Shown: positions 13,001 to 25,000 of the stretch, in pieces
How the letters are laid out: each line of letters starts with the position of its first letter
Position numbering within the stretch: position 1 is the stretch's first letter
Translations under genes and position numbers: made by a program
Notes under the pieces: model-generated
Databases searched by the model: none
Seen by the model: only the letters and a program-made list of their open reading frames with translations
Told to the model about the DNA's origin: nothing
Assembly (NCBI GenBank): GCA_002269645.1
Contig: NIVC01001330.1
Span: 124,001 to 188,000, forward strand
Source of the DNA: Macrostomum lignano
Taxonomy: Eukaryota
Length of the DNA: 64,000 bases
Direction: 5' to 3'

Positions 13001-16000
13001 GTTTGACATGGAGTCATGTATATGTCTGATATGGTAGCTCTTTAATGTTTTAGATGGAGTCACGTATATGTTTCACATGGTGGCTATTTTATGTTTTACA
13101 TGGTGGTTCTTTAATGTTCGGCATAGTGGCTCTTTAATGTTTTACATGGTGGCACTTTCATGTTTGACCTGGTGGCTCTTTAATGTTTTACATGGTGGCT
13201 CTTTAATATTTGACATGGTGGCTATTTTATGTTTGACATGGTGGCTCCTTAATGTTCGACATGGTGTCGCTTCAATATTTGACATGGAGTCATGTATATG
13301 TTTGACATGGTGGCTCTTTTATGTTCGACATGGTGGCTCTTTAATGTTCGACATGGTGTCTCTTCAATGTTCGACATGGAGTCATGTATATGTCTTCCAT
13401 GGTGGCTCTTGAATGTTCGACATGGAGTCATGTATATGTCTTCCATGGTGGCTCTTGAATGTTTGACATGGTGGCTCTTTAATGTTCGACTTGGTGTCTC
13501 TTGAATGTTTGACATGGAGTCATGTATATGTTTGACATGGTGGCTCTTTAATGTTCGACTTGGTGTCTCTTGAATGTTTGACATGGAGTCATGTATATGT
13601 TTGACATGGTGGCTCTTTAATGTTCGACATGGTGGCTCTTGAATGTTTGACATGGTGGCTCTTTAATGTTTGACATGGTGTCTCTTGAATGTTTGACATG
13701 GAGTCATGTATATGTTTGACATGGTGCCTCTTGAATGTTTGACATGGTGGCTCTTTAATGTTCGACATGGTGGCTCTTGAATGTTTGACATGGAGTCATG
13801 TATATGTTTGACATGGTGGTTCTTTAATGTTCGACATGGTGGCTCTTTAATGTTCGACATGGTGGCTCTTTTATGTTTTGCATTTTGTATTTTCAAGGTG
13901 TTTTAATAAAAAAATTATTTTGAACTACTACGATTCGAACCCAGGTCGCTACATTAGCAGTCCAGTCTGTTTGCATCTAGGCTAACTCTTTTCAATTGGA
14001 GAACATGAATTGTGGCCCATATAATTCAATAGTTACAGCAAGTTGGTTAGAGTAAAAAGTTATGACATAATCAATTTCTCAGTCAGCCAGTATCAGTTTC
14101 AATTTAAGTTAGCAATATGGTTACGCAATTTCAATCAAGTCTTGTGCGCATTTCTTCGGCACTGTTTTCAACTTGTGATGCAATCTTTGTCAGAATTGAA
14201 ATTCAGTCAGTCAGTTTTTTCTCTAGCATTCTTACAATGCATTTCAAGTTGAAAATTTTGCTTGAACTTTGCAAAAAAAGCATGTTTTTCGAATATTTAA
14301 TCCCTTTAACATTGAGCAATTTCTTAGCCAAGATGCATGTACCGTCCCAGTAAAATTTCTGATCGAATGGTGAAAGTTTGAAAAAAATCGGTTGAGCGAA
14401 TTTTTCTGAAATCAATCGCATACCCATATACATACATACAGACAACTCATTTTTAGTATATATGGAGATGGAGAAGAAAGGGGAAGAACTCCCATCACCG
14501 GAATCCCATTTCCTGAACTCTCCGCGAAACAGAAATTGTCTCCGTGAAACTGAACACCATCAAAATCCTCTCCGCAAAAATCCTCTCCGTGTAACTGGAC
14601 TCAATCGAAATTTCTCCGTCAAACAGAACCCAGCTCTCAGAATTCATTGGTTTTGGTTAGGGTTAGAGCTACACACAGCTGCGTGTTGAAAGGCGCCGTA
14701 AAAACATTGAACCAATTAAATTGCGCAACTTATTTCTCAGGCAGTCAGTATCAGCCTCGGTTAAAGTTAACAAAAAAATTGCGCAATCTAAATCAACCCT
14801 CCAATACACAGCGACCGAACCCCTTCGAATACGCAGTGCAGCTAGAAATTGAACCCCCCCCCACTGTTGGGGGTCTGTCAAACCCTCATTGAACCCCCGA
14901 AATGGAGTACAATCTTTGCAAAAAGTTAAAAGTATGGAAATCACTTTTTGAATGCTGTGCTTTTAATTTTCATATTTAGAGCAAACAACTTATATCCCCT
15001 AACTCAGCATTGCAACCTCTTTCCAGCAATATAAGTCTCTTCTCTTAAAGTTTAAAACTCAAGGAACAGTTTGGCTTTGAAATTTCCCGTTTTAAGGAAT
15101 TGAACTATTGAGTGTACGTTCACTGCCTGCAGCAGTGAGAGGCTCGCAAGTTTATTCATTGAATTTTACTGTCCAACAAATACACAGTGTCCAACAAATA
15201 CACAGGGCTGCCTATTGAAAATCAGAAAACATATCGTTGCGAAATTTTCTATACAATCAGCCAGTGAGCTAGGGTCCGATTGTACACACGCAGCCACTGA
15301 GAATGCCCCCATTCCCCCATTGGAGAGAAAATACACTGCCGAGATAGGAGAAAGTTGTGGCGTAATCACTAAAAATTGATGCCAACTGGCCCAGTTACAC
15401 CCCTTCAGCTAAAAGAATACACTACACAGATAGGCCAGCTGTTGTGGCGCAATCACTAAGAGTTGCGCAAGGTGGATCATATTCCCTATTGTTATATTTT
15501 TTCTGCTTTTTTAGGGATCTTAAAATATAAAAATGAAAGATTAAAATAGCTATAAACCCAACCCGGAAAATTTGCAGTTTACCCATATAAGTTTCAACGC
15601 TGAGTTGCAAGTAGTCTAGGAGAAAAATTGCAACATACAGACAGACAAACATCGCACCAACTTTAGTATTTACGAGGCCAACTCCTCCTCTGGAGGAGAA
15701 AGGGGAAGAATTCCCATCACCGGAACTCCATTCCCTGAAATGCCATTCCCTGAATCCCATCATCCAACTCCTCTCCGCGAAACTGAACATCATCGAAATC
15801 TTCTCCGTAAAAGAAAACTCCATCAAACACCTCTCCGTGAAACTGACATTCATCAAAATCCCCTCCGAGAAATAGAAATCCTCTCCGTGAAACTGGACTC
15901 CATGGAAATCCTCTCCGTGAAACTGACATTCATCAAAATCCCCTCCGAGAAACAGAAATCCTCTCCGTGAAACTGGACTCCATGGAAATCCTCTCCGTGA

Positions 16001-19000
16001 AACTGACATCCATCAAAATCGTCTTCGCGAAACAGAAATTCTCTCCATTAAACTGGACTGAATCGAAATTTTCTCCGTAAAAAAGAATCAACTCTCAGGA
16101 TTTAGTGGTTAGGGTTAGGGTTAGGGTTAGGGTTAGAGCTACAACGCAGCAGCGTGTTGAACCAATTGAATTAATTGAATGCGCAACCGATTTCACAGTC
16201 AGTCAGTATCAGTCTCGGTAAAAGTTAACAAAAAGATTGCGCAAACTAAATCAACCCTCCAATACACAGCGACTGACCCCCTTCCAATACGCAGTGGCAA
16301 TTAAAAGTTGAACCCCCCCTCCCACCAACTGTTGGGGGTTGGTCGAACCCCCATTGAACTCCAAAATGAGTACACTGCCGAAAGTTAAAAGTATGGAAAT
16401 CGTTTTTTAAATGCTGTGCTTTTTGTTTTCACATTTAAAGCAAACAACTTATATCCCCGAACTCAGTATTGCAAGATCTTTCCAGTAATATAAGTCTCTC
16501 CTCTGAAAGTTTAAAACTCGAGGAACAGTTAGCGCTTGAAATTTCCTGATTTAAAGCATTAAAGTATCGAGTGTACGTTCACAGCCTGCTAAAGAGGCTC
16601 GCAAGTTTATTCATTAAATTTTACTGCCCAGCAAATACACATGGCTGCCTATTGAATGCCGCCGATAATAAAACCAATTAAATCTCGACACAGTCCTAGC
16701 TATCTCCTTACACTGTACAACTGCTATGTACACTCAGCCCAAGCCCAACCCCCTCCCATTCCGGGGGAATCGTTAAATTTAATTGAACCCCCCAACACGC
16801 GGGGGGGGGGGTTATTTGCATTGAACGCGGAACACGCGCACCCACCACCCCTCAATACACAGCGGCCCGCGGGCGGAGGTTGGGGTGGCTATTTTTACAA
16901 ACTGGCTGCAGCCCCAGGCAGAGTGGCCAAAGAAGGTTATTGAGGGTTAAAAAAACAGTTTTCTGCTTTTTTAGGGATCTTAAAATGTAAAAATGAAAGA
17001 TTAAAATAGCTATAAACCCAATCCGGAAAATTTGCAGTTTTCCCATATAAGTTTCAACGCTGACTTGCCAGTAGTTTAGGAGAAAAATTGCAACACACAA
17101 ACAAACATCGCACCACTTTTAGTATTAAGACGAGGCCAACTCCTCCTCTGGAGGAGAAAGGGGAAGAACTCCCATCACCGGAATTCCATTCCCTGATCTC
17201 CATCAGCTGAATCCCATCATCTAACTGTTCTCCAAATCCATTAAAATCCTCTCCGTGAAACTGAACACCATCGAAATCCTCTCCGCGAAACAGAAATCCT
17301 CTCCGCGAAACTGGACCCAATCGAAATTTTCTCCGTCAAAGAGAACTCAACTTTCAGGATTCATTAGTTAGGGTTAGGGTTAGAGCTGCACAGAGCTGCG
17401 GGTTGAAAGGCGCCGATAAAAATATGAATTAATTGAATCAATTTATTGCGCAACCGTTTTCTCATTCAGTCAGTATCAGGCTCAGGTAAAGTTAACGAAA
17501 TGATTGCGCAATCTAAATCAACCCTCCAATACACAGCGACTGACCCCCTTCCGCAGTGGCAATTGAAAGTTGAACCGCCCCCCCCTCCCACCAACTGTTG
17601 GGGGTTGGTCGAACCCCCATTGAACCCCAAAATGAGTACAATATTTCCAGAAAGTAAAAAGTATGGAAGTTGTTTTCGATCGCTGTGTTTTTTCTTTTCA
17701 CATTTAAAACAAACAACTTATATCCCCGAACTCAGTGTTGCGAGATCTTTCCAGCAATATAAGTATATTCTTTTAAAGTTTAGAACTCGAAGAACAGTTT
17801 GCGTTTGAAATGTCCCGATTTAAAGCATTGAAGTATCGAGTGTACGTTCACCTGCCTGCTAAAAAGGCTCGCAAGTTGATGCATTGAATTTCAGTGTGCA
17901 AAAAATACACCGGGCTGCCTAATTGAAAATCAGAGCACATATCGTTGCGCGATTGTCTATACAGTCAGCCCGTGCGCCAAGGTCCAAGTGTACACACGCC
18001 GCCACTGAGAACGCAAGCACCCCCCACTGGAGAGAAAATACACTGCAGAGATAGGAGAAAGTTATGGCGCAATCACTCAAAATTCATGCAAGTTTTCAGC
18101 TCCAAGCAGAAAGAGGGGACAAATAAGATTATCAAAGGTCAATATTGCAGTTTTTTGCTTTTTTCGGGATCTTAAAATGCAAAAATAAAAAATTGAAATA
18201 GCCCAATGCCATCCTCGGAAAATTTGCAGTTTTCCCATATAAGTTTCGACGCTGACTTGCAAGTCGTCTAGGAGGAGATATGTATCACACAGACAAACAA
18301 CGCACCACTTTTAGTATTTACGAGGCCAACTCCTCCTTCGGAGGAGAAAGGGGAAGAACTCCCATCACCGGAATTCCATTCCCTGAAATATCCATCAACT
18401 GAAATTCCATGTCTTGAACCCTATCTTCCAAATCGTCTCCAAATTCTTTACAAAATCTTTGAAAGACCATAGCTCAAAGACTCTCACGTCTCTCATATCT
18501 CCTCTCTCTTCTATTCGCTATTATCGTGACTCTCTTCTCTCTCCTCTCTCTCATCTCATCTCTACCCCTACTCCCTTATTTATCTCTTCTCCCTCGTCTT
18601 TCGTTTGTACCCTCTCCTGTCTCTTGTCTCCTCTCTTCTCTCATATCTCTCCTCTTCACTTCTGTCTCCTGTCTCCTCTCTTCTCTCTTATCTCTCCCTC
18701 TTCTCTCCTCTCTCATATGTCATCTCTTCTTACTTATTTATCGTCTCTCTTAACCCTCTCTCTCTTCTCTTTTCTCTCCTATCTGCTTCTCATTTCTCAT
18801 ATCTCATATACGCTCTCACACTCTACTTTCTTGTCTCCCATCTTTCTTTCCTCCTTACCACTATCCCCTATCTCTTCTCTTCTCTCTTTTCTATCCTCTC
18901 CATTCTCTCTTCTCTCCTCTCCTTTCTCATTTCATCTTCTCCCCTCTCTTCTCTAATCTCTAATCTCTTCTCTCTTATGTTCTCACTCATCTCTTTTCTC

Positions 19001-22000
19001 ATCGCATCTCTCATTTCTCCCCTCTTTTCTCCTCTCTTCTCTCTCCCCTCCTCTCTCATCTCTCATCCCTCATCTCACTCCTTCTTTCTCCTCTACTCTC
19101 CCCTCTTTTCTATTACCTCTGTACGCTCTTATCCCTCATCTCTATTCTCTCTCCTATCATCTCTCTTGTCTCCCTCTGCTATCTCATATCTCCCCTCTCG
19201 TCTCCTCTCTCCTCTTCTCTTCTCTCTCCTTCGTTCCCGCCTTACTCCCCTCTTTTCTCCCATCTGTCATGTCTAATCTCTCGTCTCATTTCTACTCTGT
19301 TTTCTATCATCTCATCTCTCTTCTCTTTTCATTCTTCTCTTTACTCTCTTCTCTGACTGACTGAAGATGCCAAATCCATCAAAATCCTCTCCGCAAAGCA
19401 GAAATCCTGTCCGTTCAAATGAAAACTATCGAAATCCTCTCCATGAAACTGGACTCCTTCGAAATCCTCTCATTGAAACTTAAATCCATCTAAATCGTCT
19501 CGATAAAACAGAAATCAATCATAAATTATCTCCGCGAAACAGAAATCCTCACTGTGAAGATGAACGTGATCGAAATCCTCTCCGTGAAACTGAACACCAT
19601 CGAAATCCTCTCCACGAAACAGAAATTCTCTCCGTCAAAATTAAAACATTGAAATCGTCTCCGCTAAACTGGACTCAATCGAATTTTTTCCGTCAAACAA
19701 CTCAACTCTCCGGATTCATTGGTTAGGGTTAGGGTTAGGGTTAGGGTTAGAACTATACGCACAGCTTCGTGTTAAAAGGCACTGATAAAAATATTGAACT
19801 AATTGAATCAATTCATTGCGCAACCGATTTCACAGTCAGTCAGTATCAGTCTCAGTTAAAGTTAACAAAAACATTGCGCAATCTAAATCAACCCTCCAAT
19901 ACACAGCAGCAGTGAGAAGTTGAACCCTCCCCCAACTTTATCTATTACGTCTCGCAAAACTGAGTACAATTTTTGCAGAAAGTTAAAAGTATGGACATAG
20001 TTTTTCAAATGCTGTGCATTTTCTTTTCATATTTAAAGCAAACAACTTATATTCCCGAACTCAGCGTTGCAAGATCTTTCCAGCAATATAAGTTTCTCCT
20101 CTCAAAGTTTAAAACTCGAGGAACAGTTAGCGTTTGAAATTTACCGATTTCCCGACTGCTTGCTAGAGAAGCTCGCAATTCATTGAATTTCACTGCCCAG
20201 CTAATACACAGGGCCGATAATAAAACCAATTGAATCTCGGCACAGTTCTATCTTTTTAAAACAGCTATGTACACTCAGTCCAAGCCCAACCCCCTCGTTC
20301 CGGGGAATCATTAAATTTAACTCAACCCCTCAACTAAAATCTTCCTACAATCTTTGCAGGAAGTTAAAAGTATGGAAATCGTTTTTTGAATCCCGCGCTT
20401 TTAGTTTTCATATTTAAAGCAAACAATTTATATCCCCGAACTCAGCGTTGCAAGTTCTTTCCAGCAATATAAGTCTCTCCTCTCAAAGTTAAAAACTCCA
20501 GCAACAGTCTGAGTTTGAAATTTGCCGATTTATAGCATTGCAATATTGAGTGTACGTTCATACGTTCACTGCCTGCTAAAGAGGCCCGCAAGTTTATTCA
20601 TTGAATTTCACTGTCTAACCAATGCACAGGGCAGTCAATTGAAAGGTGCTGATAATAAAACCAATTGAATCTCAGCACAATAGCCATATAATTGCGCTTA
20701 CTTACCCACCACCCCACGAAATACACACAGTTCAATTTTTCAGCCGGGGTCCGCTTGTACACACGCTGCCACTGAGAACGCGACCAACCCCCACTGGCGA
20801 GAAAATACACTACAGAGATAGGAGAAAGTTGTGGCGCAATCGCTCAAAATCATGCAAATTTTCGGCTCCGAGCAGAAAAAGTGTCCAGAGAAGGTTAGGA
20901 AATCAGTTTTCTGCTTTTTTAGGGATCTTAAAATGTGAAAATAAAAAATTGAAATAGCCCACTGCAGTCCCCGGAAAATTTGCAGTTTCCCCATATAAGT
21001 TTCAACGCTGACTTGCAAGTATTCTAGGAGGAGTTATGCAACACACAAACAAACAGACAAACAAACAAACAATCATCGCACCAACTTTAGTATTAGGACG
21101 AGGCCAACTCCTCCTCTGGAGGAGAAAGGGGAAGAACTCCCATCACCGGAATTCCATTCCCTGATCTCTATCAGCTGAATCCCATCATCTAACTGTTCTC
21201 CAAATCCATTAAAATCCTCTCCGTGAAACTGAACACCATCGAAATCCTCTCCGCGAAACAGAAATCCTCTCCGCGAAACTGGACCCAATCGAAATTTTCT
21301 CCGTCAAACAGAACTCAACTCTCAGGATTCATTAGTTAGGGTTAGGGTTAGAGCTGCACAGAGCTGCGTGTTGAAAGGCGCCGATAAAAATATGAATTAA
21401 TTGAATCAATTTATTGCGCAACCGTTTTCTCATTCAGTCAGTATCAGGCTCAGGTAAAGTTAACGAAATGATTGCGCAATCTAAATCAACCGTCCAATAC
21501 ACAGCGACTGACCCCCTTCCGCAGTGGCAATTAAAAGTTGAACCGCCCCCCCCTCCCACCAACTGTTGGGGGGTTGGTCGAACCCCCATTGAACCCCAAA
21601 ATGAGTACAATATTTCCAGAAAGTAAAAAGTATGGAAATTGTTTTCGATCGCTGTGTTTTTTCTTTTCACATTTAAAACAAACAACTTATATCCCCGAAC
21701 TCAGTGTTGCGAGACCTTTCCAGCAATATAAGTATATTCTTTTAAAGTTTAGAACTCGAGGAACAGTTTGCGTTTGAAATGTCCCGATTTAAAGCATTGA
21801 AGTATCGAGTGTACGTTCACCTGCCTGCTAAAAAGGCTCGCAAGTTGATGCATTGAATTTCAGTGTGCAAAAAATACACCGGGCTGCCTAATTGAAAATC
21901 AGAGCACATATCGTTGCGCAATTGTCTATACAGTCAGCCCGTGCGCCAAGGTCCAAGTGTACACACGCCGCCACTGAGAACGCAAGCACCCCCCACTGGA

Positions 22001-25000
22001 GAGAAAATACACTGCAGAGATAGGAGAAAGTTATGGCGCAATCGCTCAAAATTCATGCAAGTTTTCAGCTCCAAGCAGAAAGAGGGGACAAATAAGATTA
22101 TCAAAGGTCAATATTGCAGTTTTTTGCTTTTTTCGGGATCTTAAAATGCAAAAATAAAAAATTGAAATAGCCCACTGCCATCCTCGGAAAATTTGCAGTT
22201 TTCCCATATAAGTTTCGACGCTGACTTGCAAGTCGTCTAGGAGGAGATATGTATCACACAGACAAACAACGCACCACTTTTAGTATTAAGACGAGGCCAA
22301 CTCCTCCTCTGGAGGAGAAAGGGGAAGAACTCCCATCACCGGAATTCCATTCCCTGATCTCCATCAGCTGAATCCCATCATCTAACTGTTCTCCAAATCC
22401 ATTAAAATCCTCTCCGTGAAACTGAACACCATCGAAATCCTCTCCGCGAAACAGAAATCCTCTCCGCGAAACTGGACCCAATCGAAATTTTCTCCGTCAA
22501 AGAGAACTCAACTTTCAGGATTCATTAGTTAGGGTTAGGGTTAGAGCTGCACAGAGCTGCGGGTTGAAAGGCGCCGATAAAAATATGAATTAATTGAATC
22601 AATTTATTGCGCAACCGTTTTCTCATTCAGTCAGTATCAGGCTCAGGTAAAGTTAACGAAATGATTGCGCAATCTAAATCAACCCTCCAATACACAGCGA
22701 CTGACCCCCTTCCGCAGTGGCAATTGAAAGTTGAACCGCCCCCCCCCCTCCCACCAACTGTTGGGGGGTTGGTCGAACCCCCATTGAACCCCAAAATGAG
22801 TACAATATTTCCAGAAAGTAAAAAGTATGGAAGTTGTTTTCGATCGCTGTGTTTTTTCTTTTCACATTTAAAACAAACAACTTATATCCCCGAACTCAGT
22901 GTTGCAAGATCTTTCCAGCAATATAAGTATATTCTTTTAAAGTTTAGAACTCGAAGAACAGTTTGCGTTTGAAATGTCCCGATTTAAAGCATTGAAGTAT
23001 CGAGTGTACGTTCACCTGCCTGCTAAAAAGGCTCGCAAGTTGATGCATTGAATTTCAGTGTGCAAAAAATACACCGGGCTGCCTAATTGAAAATCAGAGC
23101 ACATATCGTTGCGCGATTGTCTATACAGTCAGCCCGTGCGCCAAGGTCCAAGTGTACACACGCCGCCACTGAGAACGCAAGCACCCCCCACTGGAGAGAG
23201 AAGAAAGGATTGTTATTGAATTAATATTTTCCTTTAGTATAGTCATGCGTTTTGATGTACTTTTTTCTTGTTAGTTAGAATCAATTTTGCGTAAACAGGC
23301 TAGAAGTCAGACGCCAATTGTGACTCAGCGGAGGGTTGAGTTTTTCTGCGAACCCCGGCTTTGCGCGGCCAGCCAATCAGAACCGGCCTGGACCCTGGCA
23401 CGCGGCAAGTTCCAGTTCTACCCGGTGCCGCGGGCACAGTGCAATTCAGCTTAGCGGGCGGCCGGCCAGACGACCACCACCCGGCTTGAGGGGGGGGGGG
23501 TTGTGAGGGGTTTGACTCTGACTATATATGAAAGTGTGTTTGGCGGTCGGATCTCACTTCCCTTCTCTTCTGTGTTTTTCCCCTCTGTTTTTCCGTTCCC
23601 CGGTTTTGATTTTTGTCCCGGCTTCCCGGCCGTTTGCCGATCTCTTTGGTTCGCGCTTTGAGGCGCCTGAGTTCGTCACCCCGGTCCATATTTTTGTTCC
23701 CTTGCCCGACCGCTTCAGTCTTGTAGCGTAACGATACGGCAAATTCCTGTCTGCAGTCGTCGCTATCAAGCGCGGTCTAGTTAGAGACTGTCGGATCTGA
23801 TCAAGTACGCGGCCTCGACCCAGAGGGCCTCAGTGTCGCACTGAAGGGCAGCGCTGGTAGAATTTAGTCAGTGCTCCGTTGAACGGTCAATTCGGCAGGG
23901 CTCTCGTTTGAGTGTAGGTTCTGGTTTAGGCCAGGGGTTAGGAGTCTTCTCCGTGGTCCTGTTCGGTTTTTCTTCTTCAGCTGAGATCTGCTTGCCATTG
24001 CGTAACTAAGTTATTATTACTAATCGTTTGTCTCGTTATCATTTTCCGCTATTATCAGTTCGAAATTATCTGCGCCGCGAATTGCATTGAAGCTTGTAAC
24101 TTGAAGTAATCAAATTAAATCGTCTAGCCAATTATCAGTCTGTATCATATAGGATTATCACTCTCTAAATCTATTCGGTTCGTGTTCACCTGTGTTCTTC
24201 CTTTCCTTGTACCGTACTGTGACTATTGGAGAAAGACTGGTAGGACTCGCCGACCGGCGATAGGCAATTAGGGCCAATAGCTTTAAAATCTCTGACGCTC
24301 CAAAAATAGGTTTGTCTAGGGCCTAAAAATTGCTTATCGTGCATGCAATATATATTCATATTGTATTTATCACAGTGCTGTAGCTGTGTTTGCTGTAGCT
24401 GTGTGTGTCTGCTGTAGCTGTATGCTGTAGCTGTGTGCTGTAGCTGTGTGTGCTGTAGCTGTGTGTGCTGTAGCTGTGTGCTGTAGCGAACTCACAGATT
24501 CTCATCGAAGTAGTTTTCTCCTTCATATCTGAAAGAAATACAATTTAAGTGTTCAGATTATAATCAACAACCAATCAATTAATCAACATTACTATTCAAC
24601 TGGCAATCAGCAGTCAAACAGCACTGCAAACTCCCTCAATGCAGCTCAGTCAGTCCCTGCTGCCCATTTAAACTACAAAAATGTAAAAATGCCCACTCAG
24701 AGCAACTGCAGTCAGCTGCTCAATATTCAATCATAAATTACAGCATAATGTTTATCAATGATAAATCAAAGTCAGAGAGACATTCTCAGTCGCCATGGAA
24801 ACTCACTGACGCAGCAGCTCAGCCAGTTCGCTCCTTCCCTCCTGTGTGGCCAAATACAGCGCAGTGTCGCCCTTATAGTCCTTCAGACTGCAATCCGCCC
24901 CTGAGTCCAGCAGAACCCGACCGACTGCGGCGGCGGTGGCGGGGGGCGCAAAGGCTGCCATCATGAGGGGCGTTGATTCACACTGACCCCTGGCATTGGC

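Larger units (their letters stand above)
7241..23209 (-). mobile_element. Compound non-autonomous Helitron region (outer)
   Basis: Minus-strand 3' end is CCCC-ATC-GGGG hairpin + GAAGATTG-CTAG|T at 7241. Helitron-type 5' ends (TCC-A/TATA-TACTAAA..) occur at ~14465 and in the 1.2-kb units. The right boundary A|TC at 23209 is plausible but less certain. Confidence 0.65.
4930..24374 (+). mobile_element. Solo-LTR-like element A (~1.2 kb when reconstructed: 4930-4944 + 7201-7240 + 23210-24374), split by nested insertions
   Basis: TGTGA...TCACA inverted termini sit at the edges of the split microsatellite; CCAAT (23371-23380) and TATA-like (23522-23529) motifs; no ORF. No clean TSD was found in the repetitive target. 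Confidence 0.6.

Noticed and set aside
7800-13870. CRISPR-like array
   Set aside because: Contiguous tandem monomers without unique spacers, no cas genes, eukaryotic context. The same applies to 32177-32390 and 50090-51642.
8245-13990. Functional tRNA-Ser/Cys genes
   Set aside because: No acceptor-stem pairing and irregular D-arm spacing; kept only as tRNA-derived cassettes.
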